NCBI GenBank assembly: GCA_041937175.2
Contig: CP166615.1
Span: 1,152,001 to 1,216,000, forward strand
Direction of reading: 5' to 3'
DNA from: Limnothrix sp. BL-A-16
GTDB lineage: Bacteria > Cyanobacteriota > Cyanobacteriia > CACIAM-69d
DNA: 64,000 nt
Shown here: positions 19,312-30,134 of the stretch, piece after piece
How positions within the stretch are numbered: the stretch's first letter is position 1
Layout: each line of letters begins with the position of its first letter
Position numbers and translations under genes: made by a program
The notes under the pieces: generated by a model
What the model saw: only the letters and a program-made list of their open reading frames with translations
The model's database searches: none
Told to the model about the DNA's origin: nothing

Positions 19312-20406
19312 CTATAACCAAAAAGCAACTCCTTCATTTTGAGCTACAGAACGTTCCGTAACATACTGATAAAGAGCAAAATCTAAAGCAATTTTTCTGT
19401 GCAGAAGTTCCCCTCCAAATTCCTCAACCACCTTTTTGAGTAAAATCTGGAAAGGTTTATCTAGAAGTGTCAGAGGATAGCCACCTGACAGCTTAATTTG
19501 ATCTAGTGTTACTCCTTGACGAAGCATTTTTTCTAGTAACTGACCGAGATAACAATCATTTCTATTGAAACCTAAGTTTTCTTGTTGTTTTAGATTGATT
19601 GAGAATTTACATAAATTCCTGATTTTTTCTTGCAAAATTTGAAGCTGAGACAAAGAATATACATGTATAGGGAAGCAATGACATTCCCTCTGTCTTTCAT
19701 CTACTTCATTCCATGGATATAAATGATCACCTTTTAAAATTTCCAGAAACGCCTTGAATCGATGGATTTCTGTAAAAGATATTAAATCTGTTTTTTTAAA
19801 AGATTTGTAGGAATCAAAAAAAGAATCATAATCTTTTTGACTAGTCGAATATTTTTGAGCCAATTTTAGACACTGACTGTCGGGGAACCAATGTCTGACT
19901 TCTTGGATAAAGTCTTTAGTCTCTTGAGAATTAATTAAAACTTCATTTAAGGAAACAGAATTTCCTCCAAAAAAATAATTATTAAACCATTTAATATAAA
20001 AATCTTCAATATTTTCATCCAAGGTTCTCCAAACCAATTCTCGATTAATTAGCTGTTGACCACCGCTGCTAATTGAAACCGCGCCATGCTCTAACCAATA
20101 AAAAATTTGTGATATTGCACGATCCAAAGGATCTCGCAAAATAGAAAATGTATAACATTCAGCATCTATTTTTGACTTCAAATATGATTCAATCCACTTT
20201 ACAGGTAAATGCCCATAAATGAAGCGAATTTTCTTTAATTGATCAGAATTCATTCTCAATAGCTGATTAAAAGCTTGACTGAAATTATGGGTGTAGTTGA
20301 GATTTAAACAACTTTCTTTTCCAAAAAAATTTACCAACTGGCTATTGATTGTTGTTCCAGCACACTTGGGTATATGGCTATGAATTAAGACTGGGGTGTT
20401 TTTCAT
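19312..20406 (-). CDS. Sulfotransferase-family protein (AT-rich gene)
   Basis: 5'-PSB-like HIPKCAGTT and 3'-PB-like LRDPLDRAISQIFY; C-terminal D..LY. Confidence 0.8.
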   Translation of the reverse strand: MKNTPVLIHSHIPKCAGTTINSQLVNFFGKESCLNLNYTHNFSQAFNQLLRMNSDQLKKIRFIYGHLPVKWIESYLKSKIDAECYTFSILRDPLDRAISQIFYWLEHGAVSISSGGQQLINRELVWRTLDENIEDFYIKWFNNYFFGGNSVSLNEVLINSQETKDFIQEVRHWFPDSQCLKLAQKYSTSQKDYDSFFDSYKSFKKTDLISFTEIHRFKAFLEILKGDHLYPWNEVDERQRECHCFPIHVYSLSQLQILQEKIRNLCKFSINLKQQENLGFNRNDCYLGQLLEKMLRQGVTLDQIKLSGGYPLTLLDKPFQILLKKVVEEFGGELLHRKIALDFALYQYVTERSVAQNEGVAFWL

Positions 20407-21312
20407 GATTTCACCTTGGTTTTCAAAAATCAGAGTTCATTAAATCATTGAGCTATATGAACTTATTAAGTCTACTGATGATTTTCTTTATTCAGAAAAT
20501 CTTGCTTGATGATTTTAAGAATATTCTTCAAAGTTATCCAAAACGAGATAATCGGAGAAATTCAGAACTCTAAAAGATATTTCAAAAGTAGTTTAGTTAT
20601 CTTGAAGTTGTCAATCTCTTGGTTGTCGATAATACAGCGTAACAAAATATCAAGATTTTCAATTTTTTGGTTTTTGCAAGAACTTGAGTCATGGAGAAAT
20701 TTTTTACATGAGAAAGAATAGTTTTCATTGCAAATTCAACATTCTTGACTGTAGGTCAATAGAATGTTTGAGCTAAAAAGATCAACTGATCTAGTTTGAT
20801 GCTGTTAGGAAAAATTTTCCTTTCTAAGTTCATTAGGCTTTATCTAATGAATTTAGAAAGAAAAACGAATCTTGGTAGTGCCGTAGTTCAGTAATGATGA
20901 GCTGGTGAAAGCCTTGCGGTGTAAGCGGTCAGTTATAGAAGATGGTAATTTTTGTAAAATTACCCAAATTCTTAAAATGTTGCTTTTTATGCCTTTTGAG
21001 AAGTATTCACTTAAACTATTATCACGAAAAGCCCTAAAAGTCAAGAAAGTGCTGTCGATTTAACAAAATGTCCTTGTGGGGTCTTATACAAGAATCTGAA
21101 CAGATACTGTAATTTAGTAATGATGAGTCAATAAACGTTTTGTAATGCAAGCAATTTTTTACTGAAAATCATTACTTCACAGAATTGGTCGAATTTGGTT
21201 AGCTTTAATAAAACTATGATCCCATCTGTATCGAGTTTTAACCAGACGATCGCCCGTCGCCCCGGCTCGTACTACATTCGACTGAGAGCAAACGCTGATC
21301 AGTTGAACTGTC

Positions 21313-23283
21313 ATGTCACAACCGACGATCGAATCGATCCTTCAAGAAAATCGCACCTTTGCGCCGCCTGCGGACTTGGCGGCCAATGCCGAAATTAAAA
21401 GCCTCGATGACTATCAAGCCCTATACGATCGCGCCGCCGCTGACCCCACCGCCTTTTGGGCCGAACTCGCCAAAAAAGAACTCGACTGGTTCCAAAACTG
21501 GGACACCACCCTCGACTGGCAGCCCCCCGTTGCCAAATGGTTTAGCGGCGGGAAAATCAACATTTCCCATAACTGTCTCGATCGCCACTTAACCACCTGG
21601 CGTAAAAACAAAGCCGCTCTGATTTGGGAAGGGGAACCCGGCGACTCGCGCACCCTCACCTATGCCCAACTGCATCGGGAAGTTTGCCAGTTTGCCAACG
21701 TCCTGAAATCCCTCGGCGCGCAAAAAGGCGACATCATTGGCATCTACATGCCGATGATCCCGGAAGCGGCGATCGCCATGCTGGCCTGTGCTCGAATTGG
21801 CGCGGCCCATAGCGTTGTGTTTGGTGGGTTCAGCGCCGAAGCCCTGCGCGATCGCCTGAACGATGCCAAGGCCAAGCTGGTAATCACCGCCGATGGGGGC
21901 TTCCGCAAAGATACCGCCGTGCCCCTGAAAGTGCAGGTCGATCGCGCCCTAGACAACAACGCCGCCCCCAGCGTCGAAAACGTGCTGGTCGTGAAGCGCA
22001 CCGGCCAAGACGTTCATATGGAGCCGGGCCGCGACCATTGGTGGCACGACCTGCAACAGAACGCCAGTGCCGATTGCCCCGCCGAGCCGATGGACAGCGA
22101 AGACCTGCTGTTTGTGCTCTACACCTCCGGCAGCACCGGCAAACCCAAGGGCGTGGTTCACTCCACGGCGGGCTACAACCTCTACACCCACATGACGTTC
22201 AAATGGACGTTCGACATCAAAGACACCGATGTCTATTGGTGTACCGCCGATGTGGGTTGGATTACGGGCCACAGCTACATCGTCTATGGGCCGCTCTCGA
22301 ACGGCGCAACAACGCTGATGTATGAGGGTGCGCCCCGATCGTCCAATCCCGGCTGCTTCTGGGATGTGATTGAAAAATACGGCGTGACGATTTTCTACAC
22401 CGCCCCTACGGCGATCCGCGCCTTCATCAAAATGGGCGAGCATCTGCCCAAGGCGCGCAATCTCAGTTCCCTGCGGCTGTTGGGAACCGTGGGCGAACCG
22501 ATTAACCCGGAAGCTTGGATGTGGTACTACCGGGTGATTGGTGGCGAGCGCTGCCCGATCGTCGATACCTGGTGGCAAACGGAAACCGGCGGGTTCATGA
22601 TCACGCCACTACCGGGGGCGATCCCCACCAAGCCCGGTTCCGCCTCCAAACCCTTCCCCGGCATTTTGGCGGATGTGGTGGATCTCGATGGCAACCCGGT
22701 CGGCGACGGCGAGGGCGGCTATCTGGTCGTGAAGCATCCCTGGCCGAGCATGATGCGGACGGTGTTTGGCGACGACGATCGCTTCCGCCGCACCTACTGG
22801 GAACACATCGCGCCCAAGGATGGTCAGCATTTCTACTTTGCGGGCGATGGCGCGCGCCGGGATGCCGATGGTTATTACTGGATCATGGGCCGCGTCGATG
22901 ACGTGGTGAACGTGTCCGGTCACCGCCTGGGGACGATGGAGGTGGAGTCGGCGCTGGTGTCGCACCCGGCGGTGGCAGAAGCGGCCGTGGTGGGCAAGCC
23001 GGACGACCTGAAGGGCGAAGACATTGTGGCGTTTGTCACCCTGGAAGGGACGGCAACGGCCAGCGAGGAGCTGATCAAGGAGCTGAAACAGCACGTGGTG
23101 AAGGAAATCGGGGCGATCGCCCGGCCCGGTGAAATTCGCTTCACAGATGCGCTACCGAAGACGCGATCGGGCAAAATCATGCGCCGTCTGTTGCGATCGC
23201 TCGCCTCGGGCCAAGAGGTTTCTGGGGACACTTCAACCCTCGAAGATCGCTCCGTCCTCGACAAACTCCGCGAAGGATCGTAA
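21313..23283 (+). CDS. acs: Acetyl-CoA synthetase
   Basis: [30 protein letters not shown]. Confidence 0.97.
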   Translation: MSQPTIESILQENRTFAPPADLAANAEIKSLDDYQALYDRAAADPTAFWAELAKKELDWFQNWDTTLDWQPPVAKWFSGGKINISHNCLDRHLTTWRKNKAALIWEGEPGDSRTLTYAQLHREVCQFANVLKSLGAQKGDIIGIYMPMIPEAAIAMLACARIGAAHSVVFGGFSAEALRDRLNDAKAKLVITADGGFRKDTAVPLKVQVDRALDNNAAPSVENVLVVKRTGQDVHMEPGRDHWWHDLQQNASADCPAEPMDSEDLLFVLYTSGSTGKPKGVVHSTAGYNLYTHMTFKWTFDIKDTDVYWCTADVGWITGHSYIVYGPLSNGATTLMYEGAPRSSNPGCFWDVIEKYGVTIFYTAPTAIRAFIKMGEHLPKARNLSSLRLLGTVGEPINPEAWMWYYRVIGGERCPIVDTWWQTETGGFMITPLPGAIPTKPGSASKPFPGILADVVDLDGNPVGDGEGGYLVVKHPWPSMMRTVFGDDDRFRRTYWEHIAPKDGQHFYFAGDGARRDADGYYWIMGRVDDVVNVSGHRLGTMEVESALVSHPAVAEAAVVGKPDDLKGEDIVAFVTLEGTATASEELIKELKQHVVKEIGAIARPGEIRFTDALPKTRSGKIMRRLLRSLASGQEVSGDTSTLEDRSVLDKLREGS

Positions 23284-23294
23284 TTGCTAGACTA

Positions 23295-23326
23295 TGGGCA
23301 GGGTGGAGAGTCTTCTACCCTGCCCA
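23295..23326. terminator. Strong hairpin just after acs
   Basis: TGGGCAGGGTGGA-GAGTCT-TCTACCCTGCCCA, 13-bp stem; no clear U-tract. Confidence 0.5.
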
Positions 23327-23359
23327 AAATACCAGTTCAATCCCAATCAGATCAGTCCT

Positions 23360-23932
23360 ATGTCCAGTAACAAAACTATGCTTTCGGTGGGCGCAATTAC
23401 AGTTGGAGAAATCGTACTGCCAACCTATCAGTTTTCACAAACTGAATATGCATTTCCTTTGCATACGATTTTGCAATTTTTAAAACTTGAGAATCATCAC
23501 TTCCCACAGGAACCAGAATTTTTTATCACAATTAATACTCAAACAGGCTCACCTGAAAAATTTATTTCTATTGAAACCCTTGTTAAATTCCTGATTGACC
23601 TATTGCAGAAAGAACACCATTCTCAAGCCACGGCAATATTGCAAAGTCTCGCAATTCATGGCTTTGAACTCTACTTACAGAACCGCTCTGATATGGTCTC
23701 TGATTCTGAATTTCAAGGACAGCCTGTATTCAAAACCCCCGATTCTGACAGATTCAGCACTGAACTCAAATTGAATACCTATGAAGCGTTTGAGACTGAA
23801 TCACCTGATCTAGACCACCTTCAGAAAATCAGAGAGCGAAATAGGAATCTTGTAAACCTACTCGATGAGTGGAATGTCAATCCTGATTACGAATTAGATC
23901 GCACCTGGAACGAGGTAATGGCTAACTTATAG
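23360..23932 (+). CDS. Hypothetical protein, putative antitoxin of the downstream PIN toxin
   Basis: AT-rich gene directly upstream of the PIN gene; C-terminal RNRNLVNLLDEW...TWNEVMANL resembles cyanobacterial PIN-associated antitoxins. ATG 23360 preferred because 23294 lies in the hairpin. Confidence 0.5.
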   Translation: MSSNKTMLSVGAITVGEIVLPTYQFSQTEYAFPLHTILQFLKLENHHFPQEPEFFITINTQTGSPEKFISIETLVKFLIDLLQKEHHSQATAILQSLAIHGFELYLQNRSDMVSDSEFQGQPVFKTPDSDRFSTELKLNTYEAFETESPDLDHLQKIRERNRNLVNLLDEWNVNPDYELDRTWNEVMANL

Positions 23933-23985
23933 AGGTTTTTGGTGATTATTTATCTATTGAACTTTTTCACGTAATTTTAACAAAA

Positions 23986-24474
23986 ATGGAAATCATCAAC
24001 AAACTTACTATTGATACCAATATTTTAGGTCAGCTACTGAACCCTAATCCCACAAAATTTACTGAGTTAAAAAGCTGGTTTCGAGTAGTACTGATGTCTG
24101 ATACTGAAATTTTTCTTCCAGGAATTGTTGATTATGAAATGCGGCGATCTTTAGAATTACAGCGCCTTAAAGATCCGAATTACAGAGGTGTTGAGCGATT
24201 AAACCGATTTTTGCAATCGGTTCGATACCTACCCATCACGATGACTGATCTGAATCTTGCGGCGACTCTCTGGGCTGATGCACGTCGCCGGGGCCAAAAA
24301 ACAGAAAGCGATCGCGACTTGGGAGGCGATCCCATTTTGGCAGCTCAGGTGAGATCGCTCTTTTCGCCCTGGGCAAATGTGGTGTTGGTCACGGAAAATC
24401 GCAAGCACCTAACGCGCTATGGCATTGATGCTCGATCGTTCCAAGAAATCCTATTCCCAGAAATGAAATTATGA
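23986..24474 (+). CDS. PIN-domain (VapC-like) ribonuclease toxin
   Basis: IDTNILG, IVDYEMRRSL, AATLWADARR, D.ILAAQ, VTENRKHL. Confidence 0.85.
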   Translation: MEIINKLTIDTNILGQLLNPNPTKFTELKSWFRVVLMSDTEIFLPGIVDYEMRRSLELQRLKDPNYRGVERLNRFLQSVRYLPITMTDLNLAATLWADARRRGQKTESDRDLGGDPILAAQVRSLFSPWANVVLVTENRKHLTRYGIDARSFQEILFPEMKL

Positions 24475-24585
24475 ACAATAACCCCATACCTGAGCACTCA
24501 GAAAAGTCCTGAATTATCTAGCTGAGATGGGCTGCGATCGCCTGAACTTGCTTGAAATTCCAAAGATTGAGCTTGATTTTCAAGC

Positions 24586-25128
24586 TTAATCAGGTTTTCT
24601 TGAAGCTGCTTTTAGTTGCTGTTGGAGTTCATCAATCTGTTTTTGTTGCTCACGCAGCAGATGCAGAATTTCGCTCAACTCTGCCTCGCGTAGAAGATTG
24701 ATTTTGTCATGTAGCAGCTCAATTTCCAGTTCCGATTTCAAATTTACTTCATGATCGTGCTTAGCCTCTTGGCGATCAATTTCATTTTGCCGATTTTGGC
24801 TCATCATGATGATTGGTGCTGTGTATGCTGCTTGGAATGACAACATCAAATTCAGCAAAATGAATGGATAGGAATCCCAATGGATTGTCTTGTTGCTGAC
24901 ATTGCAAAAAATCCAGAAACCTAAACAAATGGACTGGATGATGACAAATTTCCAAGAGCCAACCGTTGAAGCCACCAGGTCAGCAAGATGCGAACCCAAA
25001 TCCGCTTTTTCTTTGGGTGGGTTCTCGGCGGGATTTCGTTCCCGTAGGCGCTGAATCAGCCGATATTGCTCAGGGGTAATATTGGCGCGGCTGGGGCGAC
25101 GAGGATAGCCAGGAGAATTGACGGGCAT
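24586..25128 (-). CDS. DUF1003 membrane protein
   Basis: VGSWKF, WDSYPFILLNL, QAAYTAPIIMMSQNRQ. Confidence 0.9.
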   Translation of the reverse strand: MPVNSPGYPRRPSRANITPEQYRLIQRLRERNPAENPPKEKADLGSHLADLVASTVGSWKFVIIQSICLGFWIFCNVSNKTIHWDSYPFILLNLMLSFQAAYTAPIIMMSQNRQNEIDRQEAKHDHEVNLKSELEIELLHDKINLLREAELSEILHLLREQQKQIDELQQQLKAASRKPD

Positions 25129-25291
25129 AACGCGATCTCGTGGGAGAAAGTTAGCACTAGGATATTGAGGCTTAAGGGGTTGTGGCTAAAAATAACCGCA
25201 GCGAAAGGGGGGAGTCTCTGGTCTTCACACCACTGTTGCACCACTCCCGTCTGATCGCTCTCGGTTGGTTAACAGCAGTAAACTCAACCCA

Positions 25292-26596
25292 ATGTTTCTC
25301 TATGCCGGTTGCCCAACACCTGTGAAAGTTCCTCTTCCGTCACCCCTAGCCTCGATCGCTCGGTTGTTTCAACAGCCCAAGATGGCGGCCTTGCTGCTCT
25401 TGGGGTTTAGCTCGGGGTTGCCCTTGCTGTTAACCAGCCGTACCCTTCAGGCTTGGATGACGATGGAGCAGGTGAACCTGAGCGCGATCGGGGCTTTTAG
25501 CTTGGTGGGATTGCCCTACTCCTTGAAGTTTCTGTGGGCCCCCTTGCTCGATCGATTTGTCCCACCGTTTTTTGGGCGACGGCGGGGTTGGTTGGCCCTC
25601 AGCCAAGGGGCGATCGCCTTGGCCCTGTTGGCGTTGGGGGTGCAAAATCCCCAGCAGGGGCTACAGGGTGTGGCGATCGCGGCGGTGTTGGTGGCCCTGT
25701 TCAGCGCCACCCAGGACATTGCCGCCGATGCCTATCGCACAGATGTGTTGACTCCTCGGGAAATGGGAGCCGGAGCAGCGATCTTTGTGTTGGGCTATCG
25801 CGGGGCCCTGCTCATTGCGGGCGGAGCAGCGCTGGTGTTGGCCGATCGCTTCACCTGGCCGGTCACCTACAGCATGATGGCGGTTTTGATGGCCGGTTGC
25901 ATTCTGTTGAGTTGGCTGGCTCCAGAACCGACCACCGCCCAACAACCACCCGCCAGCCTGTCGGAGGCCGTTTGGTTGCCTTTCAAGGATTTCCTCGATC
26001 GCTACCATTGGCAGCGGGGCTTGGCCATTTTGGCCTTTATTGTGCTCTATCGCTTGGGCGATTCGATGGTGAACAACATGGCCCTGCCCTTTTTGCTGCA
26101 AACGGGCTTTAGCCAAACGGAAGTGGGAGCCATTCAAGGGGTAATGGGTCTGATTGCCACCATTGTTGGTTCCTTAACGGGCGGTGCAATTCTCAGCCAA
26201 ATTGGCATTGGCCGATCGCTCTGGGTCTTTGGAGGATTACAAGCCCTCAGCAATGTTGCCTATTTAATTTTGGCTTGGGTGGGGAAAAATGCCACCGCCA
26301 TGGTGTTAGCGATTAATGTGGAAAATTTCTGCGGCGGATTAGCAACAGCAGGATTTACGGCTTTTTTGATGAGTCTTTGTAATGCTCGTTTTTCCGCCAC
26401 CCAATATGCTTTGCTGTCTAGTTTGATGGCGGTTAGTCGCGATTTGTTTTCGGCTCCTTCCGGTGCTTTAGCCCAGCAATTGGGTTGGCCCGGCTTCTTT
26501 TTACTCACGATCGGGGCGGCGCTACCGGGGTTGGCATTGTTGCCCTGGTTTGCCCCTTGGCATCAGTCGAATTCGCCATCGGATCTTAATCAATAG
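25292..26596 (+). CDS. ampG: AmpG-family muropeptide MFS transporter; start uncertain
   Basis: GFSSGLP, KFLWAPLLDR, GRRRGW, SATQDIAADAY, ATQYALLSS. Confidence 0.92.
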   Translation: MFLYAGCPTPVKVPLPSPLASIARLFQQPKMAALLLLGFSSGLPLLLTSRTLQAWMTMEQVNLSAIGAFSLVGLPYSLKFLWAPLLDRFVPPFFGRRRGWLALSQGAIALALLALGVQNPQQGLQGVAIAAVLVALFSATQDIAADAYRTDVLTPREMGAGAAIFVLGYRGALLIAGGAALVLADRFTWPVTYSMMAVLMAGCILLSWLAPEPTTAQQPPASLSEAVWLPFKDFLDRYHWQRGLAILAFIVLYRLGDSMVNNMALPFLLQTGFSQTEVGAIQGVMGLIATIVGSLTGGAILSQIGIGRSLWVFGGLQALSNVAYLILAWVGKNATAMVLAINVENFCGGLATAGFTAFLMSLCNARFSATQYALLSSLMAVSRDLFSAPSGALAQQLGWPGFFLLTIGAALPGLALLPWFAPWHQSNSPSDLNQ

Positions 26597-26624
26597 ACTG
26601 CAACCCCAGTTAACTTCAGCCTGA

Positions 26625-26933
26625 GAGGATCTTTAGACCTCTTGCATCAATCAAGACCCTCACCCTAAATCCCTCTCCCAAGTCGGGAGAGGGACTTGAA
26701 AATCAACAACGAAATCGCCGTAACTCCCTATTTCTGGCTCCCCTTCGCCCCCCCCTTGGGAGAAGGGGTTGGGGGATGAGGGCTGTTAGCTGATTCGTGC
26801 AGGAGGTCTATTGAAAGGCTGAAACTGCTAACTTTTGGTTCTCATCAACCAATAGAGACAAGGGGCTTAAGCCCCTTGCCCCCACGATCGCTAGTACTTT
26901 GTAAGTCCCCCAATTTGCTTTTCAGACATCCTC
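26625..26933. mobile_element. MITE family B (GAGGATGTCTGAA-type TIR, central CAAGGGGCTTAAGCCCCTTG) interrupted in its left TIR by a family A element
   Basis: GAGGAT...[A]...TTGAAAGGC on the left, TTCAGACATCCTC on the right; length minus the A insert is about 132 bp, like other B copies. Confidence 0.7.
26634..26810 (-). mobile_element. MITE family A, copy 3 (inverted)
   Basis: Near-exact reverse complement of 1102-1276. Confidence 0.85.
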
Positions 26934-26955
26934 TAAATCATTGGGTAGCCTTCCG

Positions 26956-28770
26956 CTAGGGCACGGTGCTAGCCAGGCGATCGACCAAATTCGCCACATA
27001 ATCTAGCGCTTGGGAAATGGTCGCCGGATCTTCCAAATCCACACCCACATAATGCTTAAGGGCAGCCATTTGGTTTTCGCTGCCCCCACTAGCCAGCAGT
27101 TGCAAATAGCCGGGTACAAAATCTCGGCCCTGCTGGCGATATTGTTGATAGCAAGCCAGGCTCACGATGTCCGAAGCGGCGTATTGGTAGCAGTAAAAGG
27201 GCTTGAAGAAAATGTGACCAATTCGGGCCCAGTCGTATTGGTGCTCCGGCAGAATTTCCACCGCATCGCCACACAAGTCTCGATAGAGACTATCCCAAAC
27301 TTCATTCACAAATTCAGCATCAAACCGTCCCTTTGCAGCCCGATCGTGCAAGGCCAATTCCAAGCGGCTGATGGTGGTTTGTCGGAAGAGCAAACTGAGT
27401 TGATCTTCTAGCTGGCGTGTAATTAAACTGCGCTGCATATTGGGATCGGCGTGGCGATCGAGCAAATAATCCAACAACAGCAGTTCATTAAAAGTGGAAG
27501 CCACTTCCGCCAACACCAAAGGCGGATTGCTGTTGAAATAGCGTTGATGATCGTTAATCCAGGCAAAGTGCAAGCCATGACCCATCTCATGGGCCAAGGT
27601 GAATAGAGAGCTGTAATCGTCGGTGTAGGACAAAAACAAATAGCTATGTTTGCCGTGGGTGTAGTTGCAAAATGCGCCGCCTCGCTTGCCCGGCCGCACG
27701 GACGCATCAACCCAACGGTTTAGGAAAAATTCTTCGGCCCGTCTTGCATAGGTTGCGTCGAATTGTTCCAGGGCCGCCAGCAGGGTTTGAATGCCGTCTT
27801 GGAATGGCAGCGGGGCGATCGGCTCGGTGCTCCAGGGAGCATAAACATCACAGGTGCGAATAGCGGCTCCGGTGGCTTTTGCTTTGATTCGGTAATAGTT
27901 TTGCCAAATTTCGGTGCGATCGCGCGTGCCATTCATCACGGCCCAAAACACCCCTTCGGGCACTTCGTCGCTAATTAACTGTTTTTCCAGGGTCGATCGA
28001 TAGCCGCGCATTTGGTTTTCGATCGCGTGATCCTGGGCGATCGTGCTCAGGATGTAGGCATAGAGGGTGTTGTGCTGTTGGCTGACGGCTCGCACCGAGT
28101 GATAGGCCCGTTCGCGCAGGGTGCGATCGCCCTGAAACAACAGAGCCGAAAGTTCGGCTTCCGTGGTGGCGGTTTTGCCATCGGCCATGGTGACGGGGGT
28201 GTAGGTTTGTTCGCCCAAATGGATCGATCGCAACTGGATAAAGGCTTGCCGCCCGGTCAGGCTGTCCCGATTGCGCGTTTGTTCCACTGCTTCCGGCAAC
28301 CGAAACGGTGCAAATCGCCCCACGGATTCCAGGTAATGGGCATAAAGCCGCAGTTCTGGGGCCTGTCGCAATTCCGCCAAGTGATCGGCGCACATGGCCT
28401 GAAGTTCCAAGTCAAAAAAGACCAGCTCGTTATTCACGGTGGTCAGGGCCGTTTGGATTCGATCGACCTCCGCTTGGGCGGTGGTGTCTCGGGTGTTGGC
28501 CGCAAAGGTGAGCGAGGGAAAGCTCCAAAGATAGCCCACCACCTGGTAGATGCCTTCTAGCTCTTCCAAGGCCTGGGCTAGCTCCTGGGCGGTCAGCGAG
28601 GCCGTGCGATCGCGGTAGGTGATCCGAAAGTTCTCTGCTCGATCGCTCACCCAGTGCAAATCAGCCTCATAGCGGGGATCATCAAATCCCGCGTATAGAT
28701 CGGCTAAATTCCAGGTCAATGGGTCGTTTTTGTCGGTGGCTTGGGCCGTCCCGATCGCACTTGCTACCAT
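26956..28770 (-). CDS. pepF: M3B oligoendopeptidase F
   Basis: WNLADLY, GKRGGAFC, TLAHEMGH, EVASTFNE, HIF..PFYCYQY. Confidence 0.92.
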   Translation of the reverse strand: MVASAIGTAQATDKNDPLTWNLADLYAGFDDPRYEADLHWVSDRAENFRITYRDRTASLTAQELAQALEELEGIYQVVGYLWSFPSLTFAANTRDTTAQAEVDRIQTALTTVNNELVFFDLELQAMCADHLAELRQAPELRLYAHYLESVGRFAPFRLPEAVEQTRNRDSLTGRQAFIQLRSIHLGEQTYTPVTMADGKTATTEAELSALLFQGDRTLRERAYHSVRAVSQQHNTLYAYILSTIAQDHAIENQMRGYRSTLEKQLISDEVPEGVFWAVMNGTRDRTEIWQNYYRIKAKATGAAIRTCDVYAPWSTEPIAPLPFQDGIQTLLAALEQFDATYARRAEEFFLNRWVDASVRPGKRGGAFCNYTHGKHSYLFLSYTDDYSSLFTLAHEMGHGLHFAWINDHQRYFNSNPPLVLAEVASTFNELLLLDYLLDRHADPNMQRSLITRQLEDQLSLLFRQTTISRLELALHDRAAKGRFDAEFVNEVWDSLYRDLCGDAVEILPEHQYDWARIGHIFFKPFYCYQYAASDIVSLACYQQYRQQGRDFVPGYLQLLASGGSENQMAALKHYVGVDLEDPATISQALDYVANLVDRLASTVP

Positions 28771-28823
28771 AGCTCCAACCTTCGCCTCAACCTTGGGTTC
28801 ACGCAGTAATTTCAGGCGTTCAA

Positions 28824-28968
28824 ATTCAATTCAAGCGGGTTCAATCAAGCGGGTTCAATCAGGCCGGCTCGAGTGAGCCAGCTCGATCGATTTGGCTTGA
28901 TCAAGTCGGTTTGATCAACTCGATTTGATCAACTCGATTCGACTGGGTTCAATCAATTTGGCTCGATC
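28824..28968. repeat. Degenerate ~14-bp tandem repeats
   Basis: TTCAAGCGGG-TTCAATCAAGCGGG-TTCAATCAGGCCGG, then TTTGATCAACTCGA x2. Confidence 0.6.
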
Positions 28969-29261
28969 GTAAAACAATCCAGGGTACAGGAGTTGAACCT
29001 GTCTGAGGCGAATTATGAGTTCGCTGCCTAAACCGCTCGGCCAACCCTGGAAAATGTCGGAGACCCAATGCTCAGCGATAGGTTTTGAGGGTGGTCTATC
29101 GCTTTTGGAGAGTCGTGTGAGTTTACACTCGTCATTAATTTTGCCATTGGCCGCTAGTTTGGGCAATATTCTTGGATAGAGTTTGAATGGCTTGAGTGAT
29201 CAGCCAGCCGCCATCTGCTCTGGATCCCTCAACCTCTCTCAAGTAATCTTCATCAACTGCC

Positions 29262-29933
29262 GTGAATCCCAGCGCTGGTTTGACCATTCTGTTGTTGTTG
29301 TTGATGGCGGGCACGGGCATTGCCAGCACCTCCTGGGGCTATAACCTCGGACGGGAGGCGCTGAAGGGCATTGTGCAGCCGGACTTTCGCCCCACGGCGG
29401 ACTCCTCAGGGCGAGGCGGCAAGCGACCGGAACCGGCTCCCCTGAAACTGCTGAATGAGCAACAGTTGCTGGCCAAAACCAAGGCCATCACCCAAACGGC
29501 TCCCGTGGGCAATGCATCGCCAAAGCCGGTGGATCCGGCCCTGACCCAAACCCAACCTCAGGCCAAGCCTTTGTCACAAACGGCGGTGGCCAAGCTGCCC
29601 ATTTCGGCCAAGGCGGAAGGCGTGACCCTGACGGTGGTGGGAGCCAGCCGGGTGGGCGATTCGTTGGTGCTGGAGTTGACGCTGCGCAATCAGGGCGATC
29701 GGGCGGTGCAGTTTCTCTATAGCTTTTTGGAAATGGCGGACGATCGGGGTGATCCCCTGAGCGCGATCGTGGAAGATTTGCCCAGTGAGCTACCGGCCGA
29801 CGGAGCCACCGCTCGGGGCAAGGCGATTGTGCCGACGGTGTTGCTGGATGGGGTGAAGTCGTTGCAACTGTCCCTGACCGATTATCCCGATCAGCAATTA
29901 CAGCTTCAAATTCAGGGAATTCCGGTGCGTTAG
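29262..29933 (+). CDS. Hypothetical membrane-anchored protein with C-terminal Ig-like (DUF4352-like) domain
   Basis: N-terminal hydrophobic segment; LELTLRN..VQFLYSFL..DDRG. Confidence 0.6.
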   Translation: MNPSAGLTILLLLLMAGTGIASTSWGYNLGREALKGIVQPDFRPTADSSGRGGKRPEPAPLKLLNEQQLLAKTKAITQTAPVGNASPKPVDPALTQTQPQAKPLSQTAVAKLPISAKAEGVTLTVVGASRVGDSLVLELTLRNQGDRAVQFLYSFLEMADDRGDPLSAIVEDLPSELPADGATARGKAIVPTVLLDGVKSLQLSLTDYPDQQLQLQIQGIPVR

Positions 29934-30134
29934 GGTCGATCGCCCTTGGCCATACCCCCATCAGCCATGGATTCCAAGAGCATATTGATTCCGAGAGCAG
30001 GTTAACGGCTTTGAGAAAGCCCCGTCAGCAAGATGGCCGAGCCGGTCGTTTTTGAATAGAACCAAGCAAAATCCAGCAAGCTTAACCAGGATCAAGCAAA
30101 CTCGATCAAACTCAATCAAACGGAATTAGTAGCG

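Noticed and set aside
20506..21044. Short AT-rich ORFs (71 and 63 aa)
   Set aside because: TTG starts and no motifs; likely spurious
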